Shown piece by piece: positions 25,992 through 37,154 of a stretch of DNA of 64,000 nucleotides. The stretch comes from Patescibacteria group bacterium (GTDB taxonomy: Bacteria > Patescibacteriota > Minisyncoccia > Phycocordibacterales > BOKC01): positions 101,411-165,410 of the forward strand of contig JBBTWE010000001.1 in the NCBI GenBank assembly GCA_038062955.1. The letters are read 5' to 3'. Every line of letters starts with the position of its first letter. Position 1 is the first letter of the stretch. The position numbers were made by a program, and so were the translations under genes. The notes beneath the pieces are model-generated. The model had not been told where the DNA came from and made no database searches. It saw only the letters and a program-made list of their open reading frames with translations.

Positions 25992-28685
25992 ATGCCTCCA
26001 TTTAACAACTTCACAACTAAAGCAAAAGAAGCGATTCGTAAAGCTCACGAACTTGCGATTGAGCGGGGACAGAACCATGTAAATCCTCTGCACCTTTTGG
26101 CTGCTCTAATTTTACAAGAGGAAAGCATGGTTGCGTCTATTCTCGATCGATTAGAAGTCGATACTATATTACTGACAGATTCGATTTTGGATTCCATAGA
26201 AACTCCGGAAGCTTCTTCAACTGTTGCTCCTTCATATCAGATATATATCACTCCAGAACTTGCTCAAACAATTGAGATGAGCGCTAAAATCGCTACAAGT
26301 TTAAATGACGAATTTGTTTCAACCGAACACTTATTTATCGCGAGCTCCGAAGTGCCTGCTACTGCCAAAGACATTCTGCTTCGCTTCAAAATAGACAAAG
26401 AAAGAATACTTGCTGTATTAGAGGAGCTTAAAACTGGGAAAATTACCGATGTTCATCCTCCCAAAAAACATAAATTTTTGGCCAAATATACTCGTAGTCT
26501 CACAAAGCTCGCTGCCGAAAATAAACTCGACCCAGTAATTGGCCGAGATGTTGAGATCTCGAGAATTATTCAAATCCTTTCTCGTCGAAAGAAAAATAAT
26601 CCGATTCTTATCGGAGAAGCAGGAGTAGGTAAAACTGCTATCGCCGAAGGCCTTGCTATCAAGATGTCTAAAGGTGATGTGCCGGAATCTTTGAAAGACA
26701 AAGAATTGGTTTCGCTAGACTTGGGACTTTTAATTGCTGGCACAAAATACCGAGGAGAATTCGAAGAAAGACTTAAGAAGATTTTAAAAGAAATTGAAAG
26801 GTCTGAAGGCAAGATCGTTCTTTTCATAGACGAAATTCATACGATTGTCGGAGCCGGAGCCGCCGAAGGTTCGATTGATGCTTCAAATATGTTGAAGCCT
26901 GCGTTAGCTCAAGGTGATCTTCGGGCAATCGGTGCGACTACTCTAAGGGAGTATCAAAAATATATTGAAAAGGACCCAGCCCTCACCCGACGTTTTCAGC
27001 CGGTCTTTATAAACGAACCAAATACCGAGGATGCGGTAACGATTTTGCGAGGTCTTAAAGAAAAATACGAGTTGTATCACGGTGTTAGAATCACAGACGA
27101 TGCTATTTTGGCCGCGGTAAATTTAAGTAGCAGATACATTACTGATAGATTCTTGCCGGATAAGGCAGTTGATTTAATTGATGAATCAGCTTCACAACTT
27201 AAAATTTCTCTCGAAAATATGCCGCCGATTTTGGAAGAGACCCATTCAAAACTTATGAAGCTCGAAATAGAGCGACAAGCTTTATCTCAAGAATTGAAAG
27301 TGTCCAAGACCAACACAAAGGTCAAGACTAGAATAAAAGAAATTGAAAAAGAAATCGCAGACCTCAAAGAAAAAACTAGCGAAATTGAACTCAAATGGAA
27401 AAACGAAAAAGAAATTGTTTCTGAAATAAAATCTATTAAAAAAGAAGCTGAATCTTTAAGAATGGAAGCAGAAAAAGCAGAAAGCCGAAGCGATCTCACT
27501 TTGGTTGCGGAAATTAGATATGGAAAGATTCCTGCGTTGCAAAAAGATTTAGAGACTAAAACCAAAAAATTAAAAAAACTTCAGAGTTCGAGAAGAATTC
27601 TTCGTGAAGAAATTACCGAAGCCGATATTGCTGACGTGGTTTCTCGCTGGACTGGCATTCCAATGTCAAAAATGCTCGAATCCGAACTTCAGAAACTCGA
27701 TAGAATGGAAGACGTCCTTAAAAAGAGAATTGTCGGCCAAGATGAAGCTGTTAGAAAAATCAGTGAAACTGTGAAGAGATCACGCGCTGGAATTGCTGAT
27801 CCAAATAAGCCGATTGGTTCGTTTATTTTCCTAGGTCCTACTGGAGTGGGTAAAACAGAGCTCACCAAGGCGCTCGCAGAATTTATGTTTGATGATGAGA
27901 ATGCGCTCATCCGAGTAGACATGTCGGAATACATGGAAAAACATTCTGTCTCTAAAATTATTGGTGCGCCTCCTGGGTATGTTGGATATGACGAAGGTGG
28001 AAGCTTTACCGAAAAAATAAGACATAGACCATACGCAGTTATTCTTTTTGATGAAATTGAAAAAGCTCATCCTGAAGTTTTCAACTTGCTTCTCCAAGTT
28101 TTGGATAACGGCCGCTTAACTGACGCCAAAGGGAGAACTATCAATTTCAAGAATTCGATCATCGTTCTTACTTCAAACGTTGGCGCTCAATACATAGATA
28201 GGATGCAAAAAATCGGCTTTGGAGGTTCAGAAGGAGATGACAGCTACAAAGAAATGAAAGACAAAGTGATGAATAGTCTCAAAGATCATTTCAAACCAGA
28301 ATTCTTAAACAGGTTGGATGATATTATTGTCTTTGATTCGCTCTCAAAGCCGGCCATCGAAGAAATCGCTAAGCTTCAGGTGGAAGCGGTTGTAGAGAGA
28401 TTACTCCAGAAAGAAATTACACTTTTGGTTTCTCCTGAAGTGATTTCATACTTGGGTCAAATTGGTTTTGACCCGCAATATGGCGCAAGACCACTGAAGA
28501 GAATTATTCAAAATAAAATTTTGACTCCGGTTGCGTCTCTCATGATTTCTAGGGGTTTGCTTAAAGGTGGAACAGTTTCGGTTAAATTAGGCCCCGACAA
28601 AGAATTTAAATTTGAGGTAAAGAAAGGTAGAAAGGGGAGTGTTATGAGTGAAGAGATATTCGAGAATTCTGCGGTGACTAAATAA
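25992..28685 (+). CDS. clpB: ATP-dependent chaperone ClpB
   Basis: two AAA+ modules ([16 protein letters not shown]) and a long coiled-coil M domain; ATG at 25992. Confidence 0.95.
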   Translation: MPPFNNFTTKAKEAIRKAHELAIERGQNHVNPLHLLAALILQEESMVASILDRLEVDTILLTDSILDSIETPEASSTVAPSYQIYITPELAQTIEMSAKIATSLNDEFVSTEHLFIASSEVPATAKDILLRFKIDKERILAVLEELKTGKITDVHPPKKHKFLAKYTRSLTKLAAENKLDPVIGRDVEISRIIQILSRRKKNNPILIGEAGVGKTAIAEGLAIKMSKGDVPESLKDKELVSLDLGLLIAGTKYRGEFEERLKKILKEIERSEGKIVLFIDEIHTIVGAGAAEGSIDASNMLKPALAQGDLRAIGATTLREYQKYIEKDPALTRRFQPVFINEPNTEDAVTILRGLKEKYELYHGVRITDDAILAAVNLSSRYITDRFLPDKAVDLIDESASQLKISLENMPPILEETHSKLMKLEIERQALSQELKVSKTNTKVKTRIKEIEKEIADLKEKTSEIELKWKNEKEIVSEIKSIKKEAESLRMEAEKAESRSDLTLVAEIRYGKIPALQKDLETKTKKLKKLQSSRRILREEITEADIADVVSRWTGIPMSKMLESELQKLDRMEDVLKKRIVGQDEAVRKISETVKRSRAGIADPNKPIGSFIFLGPTGVGKTELTKALAEFMFDDENALIRVDMSEYMEKHSVSKIIGAPPGYVGYDEGGSFTEKIRHRPYAVILFDEIEKAHPEVFNLLLQVLDNGRLTDAKGRTINFKNSIIVLTSNVGAQYIDRMQKIGFGGSEGDDSYKEMKDKVMNSLKDHFKPEFLNRLDDIIVFDSLSKPAIEEIAKLQVEAVVERLLQKEITLLVSPEVISYLGQIGFDPQYGARPLKRIIQNKILTPVASLMISRGLLKGGTVSVKLGPDKEFKFEVKKGRKGSVMSEEIFENSAVTK

Positions 28686-28858
28686 AATTAAATTTTTTTT
28701 AGTTCTACACAAATAGCCACATCTGTGGCTATTTGTGTAATGACCTAGTTGATATTGAAAGAAAATATATATTAATTTTATAACTATTTAGTCAATCTAG
28801 TATCTACCTGTGTATAATTCTGTTTGACCTCATTATAGATTCTTTTATAATTAATAAT

Positions 28859-29485
28859 ATGGGGAAGATTCCACATTCAAAACTTGAGATGTTAAAGCAT
28901 CTCTATTATGAGAAAAAATTAAGCATGCGTAGTATCGCGGATTTATTGGGGGTTTCTCTAGACGCTGTTATTTATTTTATGCGACATTTTGAACTGAAAA
29001 GGAGAACTTTCAGTGAAATAAGCAAGATAAAATTTGAAAATAAGAAACCTTCCTTTAAAGAAAAAAAGATAAATTCTATTTATGAAAAAGAGTTAAGAGC
29101 AATAGGAGTAATGTTATATTGGGGAGAAGGATATAAAACTAATAAAAGCACCTGTGTGGATTTTGCTAACAGTGATCCTGAGATGATAGACATGTTTGTT
29201 AAATATCTAAACAACACTTATGAATTACAGAAAAGTAAATTTAGAGTTTTGTTGTATTGCTACTCAGATCAAAATATAAAGGACCTTATTGATTTTTGGA
29301 GTAAATTGACGAAAATTCCAAAAAATCAATTTACTAAACCATATGTTAGAAAAGATTTTAGACAAGACGGTAGAAAAATGAAGCACGGTTTAGTGCACAT
29401 TAGATACCATGATAAGAAACTATTATTGAATATAAAAAATTATATAGACTTTTACAAAAATAAGTTTTTGGGAATTAAACGCTGA
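28859..29485 (+). CDS. HTH plus LAGLIDADG-like protein
   Basis: N-terminal HTH (LSMRSIADLLGVS), GVMLYWGEG helix, VDFANSDPEMI..F; very AT-rich. Confidence 0.7.
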   Translation: MGKIPHSKLEMLKHLYYEKKLSMRSIADLLGVSLDAVIYFMRHFELKRRTFSEISKIKFENKKPSFKEKKINSIYEKELRAIGVMLYWGEGYKTNKSTCVDFANSDPEMIDMFVKYLNNTYELQKSKFRVLLYCYSDQNIKDLIDFWSKLTKIPKNQFTKPYVRKDFRQDGRKMKHGLVHIRYHDKKLLLNIKNYIDFYKNKFLGIKR

Positions 29486-29538
29486 TCAGAGGTTGCCCTT
29501 TAGGTCTTTTTAAGGTAATTTTTATGTGTATGTAAATT

Positions 29539-29621
29539 GCGTCGGTCGTATAGTGGCAATTACACCACGCTGTAAACGTGGCGCCCTCTGGGCTACGGGG
29601 GTTCGAGTCCCTCCCGACGCA
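29539..29621 (+). tRNA. tRNA-Tyr(GTA)
   Basis: GCGTCGG/CCGACGC, CCACG-CTGTAAA-CGTGG, long variable arm. Confidence 0.92.
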
Positions 29622-29745
29622 CAGCATAATTTTCGATCTTATTTTTCCTTGATGACTGTTATATTACGTGCTAAATTCATACTCGGATTCGAGCTTCAAG
29701 CTCATTGTGTTCATTTTACAACTAACCTGTCTAAGGAGCAGAACA

Positions 29746-30312
29746 ATGCAAGAAGTTCAACCTGGTTTGTTTGCGGTCGAAGGGGAGATGCCGTGTAATC
29801 CGGAAGCTATTCACACCAAACCTTACTCGCTAGTCTCGACCGAAGGTACGCCGAGACATGGTGAAGAAATAGCAGTGCGTATTCTCACTTTTTCTCAAAG
29901 GCTTGGCCGATGGGTTGGGGTGAGCTGGATCTGTTTGCGCGACATGGCAATCGAAGACCACAAGACGGCGTTTCGTATTAGAGAAGCCGAAACGCGATAT
30001 GGGAGAGCTGTCCGTCGGCACGACTTTCTGTGCGGGGTTACTCGCGGTTTCTTCTCTCGACTTGTGAAGAGCCCGAGGATTCGCAAGAAAGATTTTTTCC
30101 CGGAAAAGTTGCCTGCCACTGGAATCTTCCAATTCCCTCATTGCATCGATGCTGGCCTCGGTGAGCTTACAAGAGGGGAGATGTTGGTCGTGAAAAGGGG
30201 TGAAAAATCCATGAGGCAGGACATATTTTTTCCGACTCCCGCTCTTGTTTCGTTCATTCTAGAGAGGCAGAAGAAAGCTTCGACTGAAGACACGAGAGTC
30301 ATGACGAGGTAG
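29746..30312 (+). CDS. orphan hypothetical protein
   Basis: SD AAGGAG before ATG 29746, GC-richer, promoter TTGATG-N17-TAAATT, terminator ~30323-30355. Confidence 0.7.
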   Translation: MQEVQPGLFAVEGEMPCNPEAIHTKPYSLVSTEGTPRHGEEIAVRILTFSQRLGRWVGVSWICLRDMAIEDHKTAFRIREAETRYGRAVRRHDFLCGVTRGFFSRLVKSPRIRKKDFFPEKLPATGIFQFPHCIDAGLGELTRGEMLVVKRGEKSMRQDIFFPTPALVSFILERQKKASTEDTRVMTR

Positions 30313-30480
30313 TTGTGGTCATAAACGCAGATCAGAGATGATCCGCGTTTTTTTTATTCTGCTCAACGTGAATTTGCATTATTTATAGTATTATGGTAGA
30401 GTGTTGCCAGATTCGGTCCCATCCGAAAAACGTGCCATGACGTGTTTCGTGGTTTGTTCTAATCACACGAGGAGAGCAAG

Positions 30481-30717
30481 ATGGCGAGAAACAAGACAGC
30501 GCCGAAGTCCCGTCGATTGAATTGTCGAGTCAATTCTCATTTTTTGGAAACAATAGAGGGAATTCGAGTAAGAACTCGCAGTGACAATGCTTCTGACGTG
30601 GTACGCCGTGCGATATATGTGTACGAAATGCTACTTGCTTCCCAGAAAGAAGGAGCGGAATTGATTCTTCGACAAAAGGACGGCACTGAAAAGCAGCTTC
30701 TTTCATTGGAGTTCTAG
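30481..30717 (+). CDS. ribbon-helix-helix (CopG-like) protein
   Basis: RLNCRV beta-strand, SDVVRRAI helix, SD GAGGAG. Confidence 0.7.
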   Translation: MARNKTAPKSRRLNCRVNSHFLETIEGIRVRTRSDNASDVVRRAIYVYEMLLASQKEGAELILRQKDGTEKQLLSLEF

Positions 30718-30814
30718 TTCTGTGCATAGCTGTAAGGGGCCTTTGCTGGATAACACGCAGGGCCTTTTTTTATTGTATTGCTCCAGACATTTAAATCTGT
30801 TAATTTTAGGACAA

Positions 30815-31963
30815 ATGAATTTCGGAGAAAAAAATGGATTGCGGACTTGGATTGAGATAGATAAAAAAGCTATAAAGCATAACTACCAAGTTTTGCGTAA
30901 ATCCATGTCTCCAAAGTGTCTTCTTATGGCGGTTGTAAAGTCGAACGCTTACGGCCATAGTCTTTTGGATTTTTCAAAAAATATTAGCGCTTTGGGGGTT
31001 GATTGGTTCGGGGTGGACTCGGTTACAGAAGCGATTCCTCTTCGAAAAGCCGGCACAAAAAAACCAATTTTAATTTTAGGATATACATTGCCAGCGATGA
31101 TGCAAAAAGCAGTTTCTAATGATATTAGTCTCACAATATCTTCGTTCGAATCTCTTAAGGTTCTGGAGAAAATAAACGGCAAGTTAAAAATAAAAATCCA
31201 TATCAAGGTGGATACAGGAATGCATAGACAAGGTTTTTTGCAGAAAGATTTGATTCAAGTAATCGAAATTTTAAAAAAACTTTCAAAGAAAAAAAGTAAT
31301 TTAGTGGTTGAAGGTTTATTTACCCATTTTGCTTCTGGTAAAGATCCAAAAAATCCAACATTTACCATTGATCAACTTAAGGAATTTGAAAAATGGAGAA
31401 TCGCTTTTAAGGACGCTGGGTGGAAGCCAATTGTGCATGCCTCCGCGAGTGCTGGAACACTACTTTTTCCAGAGGCACATTTTGATATGGTTCGTCTAGG
31501 AATATCGCTTTATGGAATCTGGCCTTCGGAAGAAGTTCGTTTGGGAGTTGAGAGTAAGATTTCTCTTAAACCGATCCTTTCTTGGAAAACGTTAATAAGC
31601 GAAATTAAAACTGTTCCCGCAGGTTCAAAAATCGGCTACGACTGCACTGAAACTTTGGACAAAGAGACGCAAATTGCTAATTGCCCGATAGGTTATTGGC
31701 ATGGTTTTCCTCGTGCGCTTTCATCTGTCGGCTATGTTTTGGTGAAGGGTAAAAAATGCAAAGTTTTGGGCAGGGTGTCCATGGATATGATTACAATTGA
31801 CGTCGGAGATGTTCAAAATCTCAAAGTGGGGGAGGAAGTGGTTGTGTTGGGTAAACAAGGCAGAGAAGATGTTACAGCTCACGATATGGCCATTCTCGCT
31901 GGTACTAGTAGTTATGAAATCATAACCCGTATCAATCCATTGATTAAACGCTCTTATATTTAA
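30815..31963 (+). CDS. alr: alanine racemase
   Basis: AVVKSNAYGH, HIKVDTGMHRQG, GRVSMD; ATG at 30815. Confidence 0.97.
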   Translation: MNFGEKNGLRTWIEIDKKAIKHNYQVLRKSMSPKCLLMAVVKSNAYGHSLLDFSKNISALGVDWFGVDSVTEAIPLRKAGTKKPILILGYTLPAMMQKAVSNDISLTISSFESLKVLEKINGKLKIKIHIKVDTGMHRQGFLQKDLIQVIEILKKLSKKKSNLVVEGLFTHFASGKDPKNPTFTIDQLKEFEKWRIAFKDAGWKPIVHASASAGTLLFPEAHFDMVRLGISLYGIWPSEEVRLGVESKISLKPILSWKTLISEIKTVPAGSKIGYDCTETLDKETQIANCPIGYWHGFPRALSSVGYVLVKGKKCKVLGRVSMDMITIDVGDVQNLKVGEEVVVLGKQGREDVTAHDMAILAGTSSYEIITRINPLIKRSYI

Positions 31964-32061
31964 GTCTAAGATTTGCCTTTTTTGGTGTTTTCTATTATTC
32001 TATAGACCTTGTCAGTTTAAAGAAATCTGGCCCAAATTCTAACTATTAATATCAAACATTT

Positions 32062-32220
32062 ATGTCACAAGATAGACTCATAAAACTAGCCTGCAAGAAA
32101 TGCAAGAATATCAACTACTATTCATCCAAGAATAAAAAATTGGTTGAGAGGAAAATTGAGCTAAATAAATATTGCAAATTCTGCCGAAAAACCCAAGTTC
32201 ATAAAGAAGTGAAGAAATAA
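32062..32220 (+). CDS. rpmG: 50S ribosomal protein bL33 (Zn-binding form); below the ORF-track cutoff
   Basis: MSQDRLIKLACKKCKNINYYSSKNKKLVERKIELNKYCKFCRKTQVHKEVKK. Confidence 0.95.
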   Translation: MSQDRLIKLACKKCKNINYYSSKNKKLVERKIELNKYCKFCRKTQVHKEVKK

Positions 32221-32298
32221 GACACGATCCGAAGGTTAGAAAAAAACGATGGAAAATCATCGTTTTTTTTGTTACCATTGGAAAGTCATACAAATTAA

Positions 32299-32369
32299 GG
32301 GCGATTAGTTAAGTGGTATAACTGCGGTCTCCAAAACCGCCGTCGGAGGTCCGATTCCTCCATCGCCCG
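32299..32369 (+). tRNA. tRNA-Trp(CCA)
   Basis: GGGCGAT/ATCGCCC, GCGGT-CTCCAAA-ACCGC; atypical T-loop TCCGATT. Confidence 0.9.
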
Positions 32370-32520
32370 CAATGATCAATAAGAAAGTCTAAACGACTTT
32401 CGAATTGAATATCATTTCGAGAAAGATGGGGAATCGGAAGTCGGAGCGCGACGGCGCGAGGCGGGGTCGCGAAATTTTTCAGCAGAAAAATATTTGTGAT
32501 CTATTCCTCCATTGCGTGCA
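32370..32520. repeat. tRNA-Trp 3'-templated repeat element
   Basis: inverted copy at 32425-32438, core GAGGCGGGGTCG at 32458-32469, degenerate direct copy at 32503-32520. Confidence 0.8.
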
Positions 32521-32605
32521 TTTGGTGGATTTTAAAGTAAAAATAACATACTCACATACTTGGTAATGTGAAAATGTTATTGTAGGATTTGATTAATTGA
32601 ATTAT

Positions 32606-35050
32606 ATGGAGTTGATAAGGAATTTCGATAAAATAAGCAAAAATGACGCTGGAATTGCTGGTGGAAAAGGGGCGTCTCTTGGAGAAATGAGCCAAGCTGG
32701 GCTTCCTGTGCCACCTGGTTTTGTAATTCTCTCGGGATGTTTTGAACAGTTTCTCAAAGAAACTGATCTCTATCAGGAAATTGATTCTATTCTCCATAAG
32801 GTTAATCATAAAGAAATTCATACTGTCGAAGGAGCTTCTGAACAGATTCGAGAGCTTATTTTGAACGCAGAAATGCCAAAGGATATTTCCGTTGATATTC
32901 AAAAGAAATTTAAGAAACTTGATGCAAAATATGTAGCAGTGCGCTCGAGCGCAACAGCGGAGGACGGCAAGGATCATGCTTGGGCGGGACAACTCGAATC
33001 ATATTTGAATACGAGAGAAGCCGAGGTACTGGCAAAAGTAAAACTTTGTTGGTCTTCACTTTTTACCCCTCGGGCAATTTTCTACCGTTTCGAAAAAGGC
33101 TTACACTCAACAAAAATATCGGTGGCAGTTGTCATCCAAAAAATGGTGGAATCAGAATTTTCTGGCATTGCTTTCTCGGTCCATCCTGTTACTGAAGACT
33201 ATAATCAACTTATCATTGAAGCTGGTTTTGGTTTGGGAGAAGCGATTGTATCGGGCTCTGTTACACCAGACTCATATGTGGTAGAAAAGGAACCAAGAAA
33301 TATTTTGGATATAAACGTTTCAACTCAAGATCGTGCATTGTATCGATCAGAGAAATCTTTGGCCGAGCATGGTAATAATGAATGGAGAGATATTTCAGAA
33401 CCTCAAGCTTCATCTCAAGTTCTGACAACAGAACAGATTCTTGAACTTTCAGAAATTATTCTCAAAATCGAAAATCATTACGGTTTTCCGTGTGACATTG
33501 AATGGGCTTTTGAGAAAGGGAAGTTTTATATAACCCAAAGCAGACCGATTACGACACTTTCAAGTAATAAATCTTTAAAGAAAAAAATTCTTGCTGAAAA
33601 ATTCATTGAAGAGATTGGTAATCAAGAGCTTCGTCCACCTATCTACAATTCTTCTATGTTGGTGCATCAAAGTGGGTGGAATACATCTAAATATTTTGGA
33701 AAATACTATAAGTCACAAATTCCTTCTCCACTCTTTTTTCACACCAAAGGAAGTAGTGGGGTATTATATGCATCAACGGGGAAGGAGAAAGATCTTGTAA
33801 GTGAAGTTTTTCGCGAGTATTGGAAAAACGAGTCATATATTCATAATCGGTACGACATATTTAAAGATTTAACCAAAAAAATTGATGATATTTTTTTCAA
33901 GAAACTTACCTATAGCAATCTTTCGCGTTTAGCTGAAAAGCAGATCAATTCAATTGTTACCGAACTCGATGAAGTTACATGGAGCATGAATGCTGTGGCG
34001 TTCTATTCGATTTACTTTGATAAAAAAATTTGTGAGGAACTCGTGCAAGAGTTAGGTATTGGTATTTCCCAAGAACGTCTAGATTTTATCTGGGAAAAGG
34101 CTATTGTGGCGCCCGGTATTTCTTTTGAAAAACGAAGAAATCTTTATCTTTTGGAACTTATAGATCAGGGTAAGTCTTGGTCTGAGATAGGTGAATTATG
34201 CCAGTATTTTGATACCGGATATGACAAAATATTTTCTCCCACAGTTATCGAGGAAAAACTTCGCGAAAAATATTCTAGCTATACACCACAGAAAGCTTCT
34301 TCTGAAATTAATCTTGAAGATTTACAGACCGAGAAGAGATTAAAAGAAAACAAGAAATGGCTAGATTCGCTTTCAGATTCTGAGCGACGAATCGCACACT
34401 TCACACAATTTATAATTGAGTTACGTGATGAGCGAAAAGATTTCATTATGAAGGCAGTAACAGGATTCTATAAGATTGCGGAGCGTCTTTTTAAGGATGC
34501 TGGTATTCAAGAAGAATTCATGGTGTTTACAAGTATTCAAGAGCTCAAGAATGGTACGCAATATCTTAAGAAACATAAGGAAGAAATAATTTCTCGAGCC
34601 GAGAAAGGCGTTGTGTTGCTCGTACATTATAATAATGAACAGGAGTTGGAATATGGAACAGTCGAAGAAAATGAAAAATGTGTAAACGAATTTTTTCGCT
34701 CCCAGCAAGTTCACGATTTGAAATCCAACGAACTTCAAGGGCAGAGGGGATCATTTGGTACTGTCAAAGGCATTGCTCGAATTATTAAAGATTTATACGT
34801 AGATCGGGGAAGACTAAACCCTGGAGAAATACTTGTTACTGGTATGACACGGCCAGAATTTGTCCCTCTCATGAAAATTGCGGGTGGTATTGTTACAGAT
34901 GAAGGAGGTATTACATGCCATGCTGCTATAGTTTCTCGTGAACTTGGCATTCCTTGTGTGATTGGAACAAAAATTGCTACCCAAGTCTTGAAGGACGGAG
35001 ATATGGTGGAGATGGATGCCGATAATGGAATTGTAAAAATAATTAAATAA
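32606..35050 (+). CDS. PEP-synthase/rifampicin-phosphotransferase-like dikinase
   Basis: [31 protein letters not shown]-grasp; unrelated middle domain; C-terminal [13 protein letters not shown] His-swivel domain. Confidence 0.88.
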   Translation: MELIRNFDKISKNDAGIAGGKGASLGEMSQAGLPVPPGFVILSGCFEQFLKETDLYQEIDSILHKVNHKEIHTVEGASEQIRELILNAEMPKDISVDIQKKFKKLDAKYVAVRSSATAEDGKDHAWAGQLESYLNTREAEVLAKVKLCWSSLFTPRAIFYRFEKGLHSTKISVAVVIQKMVESEFSGIAFSVHPVTEDYNQLIIEAGFGLGEAIVSGSVTPDSYVVEKEPRNILDINVSTQDRALYRSEKSLAEHGNNEWRDISEPQASSQVLTTEQILELSEIILKIENHYGFPCDIEWAFEKGKFYITQSRPITTLSSNKSLKKKILAEKFIEEIGNQELRPPIYNSSMLVHQSGWNTSKYFGKYYKSQIPSPLFFHTKGSSGVLYASTGKEKDLVSEVFREYWKNESYIHNRYDIFKDLTKKIDDIFFKKLTYSNLSRLAEKQINSIVTELDEVTWSMNAVAFYSIYFDKKICEELVQELGIGISQERLDFIWEKAIVAPGISFEKRRNLYLLELIDQGKSWSEIGELCQYFDTGYDKIFSPTVIEEKLREKYSSYTPQKASSEINLEDLQTEKRLKENKKWLDSLSDSERRIAHFTQFIIELRDERKDFIMKAVTGFYKIAERLFKDAGIQEEFMVFTSIQELKNGTQYLKKHKEEIISRAEKGVVLLVHYNNEQELEYGTVEENEKCVNEFFRSQQVHDLKSNELQGQRGSFGTVKGIARIIKDLYVDRGRLNPGEILVTGMTRPEFVPLMKIAGGIVTDEGGITCHAAIVSRELGIPCVIGTKIATQVLKDGDMVEMDADNGIVKIIK

Positions 35051-35058
35051 ATCTAAAC

Positions 35059-36381
35059 ATGTTAAAACCATCAGAATATACAAAAACAGTAAGAAGACCG
35101 TACCCACCACTACTTAGATCATTGATTTTGGCCGGGACTTCTAATCATAAACACCACAAACATTTTATGGAGGAAGTCTTTGTTTTTGAAGATTTTATTT
35201 CGGTTGATCATATCCTGTATTATGCTAAATCGACCCTTGAACGAAAGGCTAAAAACGTTCCATTTTATTGGATGAAGCCCGGAGTTTTAGAAAGAGTAAA
35301 AAATGAATTAGAGAAAAGAGAGAAAAAACTTATATCCGCTACTTCTCTAGAATTTAATGATTTTGCCAATGCTTATGAGGCCTATGTACCTGCCCTTGTA
35401 CTTATATTCTGTTGTGACGCGCCAGTAGCAAATGAGGTTCGAAAAAGATTATCAAAGAAAATTTCCGCAGAAGAGACAGAACACTTAATGAACGCTTTGA
35501 ATATTCCGCTACAAGATAATTACTATAAAAAAATTGACCACGATCTTTTAATGGCTGAAGATATTGATTCACACGTCAAAGAATATGAATGGATTAAATC
35601 TAGATATGGAGAAAAACATCCCTATACTAAAGAAGAAGCGTTGAAGAAATTAGAGGCATTAGACAAAGCTAGTTTCCTTGCTAAGTGGAATCATGAAAAA
35701 TCAGAATTAAAAGAGGTTATAAAAAAAGCAAAAGAAATTCTTGGCGGTGAAGATGCTGACATAATTGATTTTATGCAGTTTATAATTTTTTACCGCACTC
35801 AAAGAACTGATGTCTTAAACAGAGCTTCTTATCTTTTTATTCCAAAATTTGAAAAAATGGCGAAAGAGAGGGGCTTAAGTTATGTTGAATTATTACATTG
35901 CACTAAGGATGAAGTTGTTAATGATAATTTACCTTCACGAGAAGTTCTTAAGGAACGTATAAATGATTTCGTGATGTTGTTAGACAATGGAGTCGTTAGA
36001 TGTCTCTCGGGAGTTGCGACAGAGAAAATTAAGAAAATGTTTGCAGTTGAGACTTCTGAAATAAAAGAATTTAAGGGTGTTATTGCGTGTAAAGGTCAAG
36101 CGAAAGGAGTTGTAAGGGTTGTTCGAAACAGAAATGATTTTTCCAAAGTTCTTCCGGGTGATATTCTAGTTGCCAGCATGACTACACCAGACATGGTTCC
36201 GATAATGAATATTGCTTCTAGTTTTGTTACTGACGAAGGTGGTATTACTTGCCATGCGGCAATTGTATCCCGCGAACTCAAAAAACCTTGTATTATTGGT
36301 ACCAAAATCGCGACTCAGGTTTTAAAAGATGGGGACCTGGTGGAAGTAGATGCGAATAATGGAATTGTGAGAAAAATATAA
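35059..36381 (+). CDS. PEP-utilising mobile (phospho-His) domain protein lacking the ATP-grasp domain
   Basis: helical N-terminal region plus [13 protein letters not shown]. Confidence 0.85.
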   Translation: MLKPSEYTKTVRRPYPPLLRSLILAGTSNHKHHKHFMEEVFVFEDFISVDHILYYAKSTLERKAKNVPFYWMKPGVLERVKNELEKREKKLISATSLEFNDFANAYEAYVPALVLIFCCDAPVANEVRKRLSKKISAEETEHLMNALNIPLQDNYYKKIDHDLLMAEDIDSHVKEYEWIKSRYGEKHPYTKEEALKKLEALDKASFLAKWNHEKSELKEVIKKAKEILGGEDADIIDFMQFIIFYRTQRTDVLNRASYLFIPKFEKMAKERGLSYVELLHCTKDEVVNDNLPSREVLKERINDFVMLLDNGVVRCLSGVATEKIKKMFAVETSEIKEFKGVIACKGQAKGVVRVVRNRNDFSKVLPGDILVASMTTPDMVPIMNIASSFVTDEGGITCHAAIVSRELKKPCIIGTKIATQVLKDGDLVEVDANNGIVRKI

Positions 36382-36422
36382 AAAAAAGAAGCCTTAGCCC
36401 ACTGTGTAGGGGCTAAGGCTTC
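36381..36422. terminator. intrinsic terminator between convergent genes
   Basis: GAAGCCTTAGCCC/GGGCTAAGGCTTC with the T-run on the minus strand. Confidence 0.75.
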
Positions 36423-36434
36423 GTGCCGGTGACT

Positions 36435-37019
36435 TCACCGGATAGAGGTGACCAAGAGGCGTCCGCGACGGATCATGTTGATCTGGAAACCTTCGCATTC
36501 ACCGATATTGGCTTCGAGAAAGATGCGCTTCTCCACTTCATCGGCGCCTTCTGTGAATGCAAGGCAGGAAGCGGGGAGAAGTACCGCATGTCCGACAACC
36601 AGCATTCTGGTTGGCGCATCGGATTCGATCAGTTCATCGATCCTCTCGGCCGCAATGCAAGCCAATGTTGCAATTGGCCCGCTCACCCCCGGGCCTTCTC
36701 TGTAGTAGGCATCGAGAGTGGCATAGCCAAGCTTCTTGAAGGCCGCATCCAACGCTTGTGCTCCCGGAAAGGCGGCATCGTAGAAGAGCCCGTCTACTTC
36801 CACTGTGGGTTCTTCTGCGGCGAGCCCCGCGACAATACGAGCGGTCTCCTCCGTCCGAGCAAGACCAGAATGGCAGATCAGATCGAACTGTGGATTGCCG
36901 AGTTGTTCTCGCCGCGCCATCGCTTGAGCTCGACCAGTGTCCGACAGAACGTGGGTCCTGTGGTCACCAGCCGTCTTCACCGTGTTCCCGTGACGCAGAA
37001 AAGTGATTCGAAGGCTCAT
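36435..37019 (-). CDS. histidine phosphatase (PGM) family protein
   Basis: FLRHG, SGLART.ETA, VVGH; high GC; promoter TTGACA-N17-TATACT and BoxA-like TGTTCTTTTC. Confidence 0.88.
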   Translation of the reverse strand: MSLRITFLRHGNTVKTAGDHRTHVLSDTGRAQAMARREQLGNPQFDLICHSGLARTEETARIVAGLAAEEPTVEVDGLFYDAAFPGAQALDAAFKKLGYATLDAYYREGPGVSGPIATLACIAAERIDELIESDAPTRMLVVGHAVLLPASCLAFTEGADEVEKRIFLEANIGECEGFQINMIRRGRLLVTSIR

Positions 37020-37154
37020 CGCCCCCTCCGTATGGTTGTTGGTTTGAAAAGAACAGTACTATAAGAGTATAGCATAAGCTGTCATTATTGTCAACTAAAA
37101 GCCAAGATTTTGATATGCAAATAACATTCTCACATACTTGAGAATGTGAGAATG

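Noticed and set aside
36423-37064. 213-aa plus-strand ORF and other long antisense ORFs (e.g. 18678-19265, 23463-24077)
   Set aside because: They are shadows of well-supported opposite-strand genes and have no motifs or expression signals.
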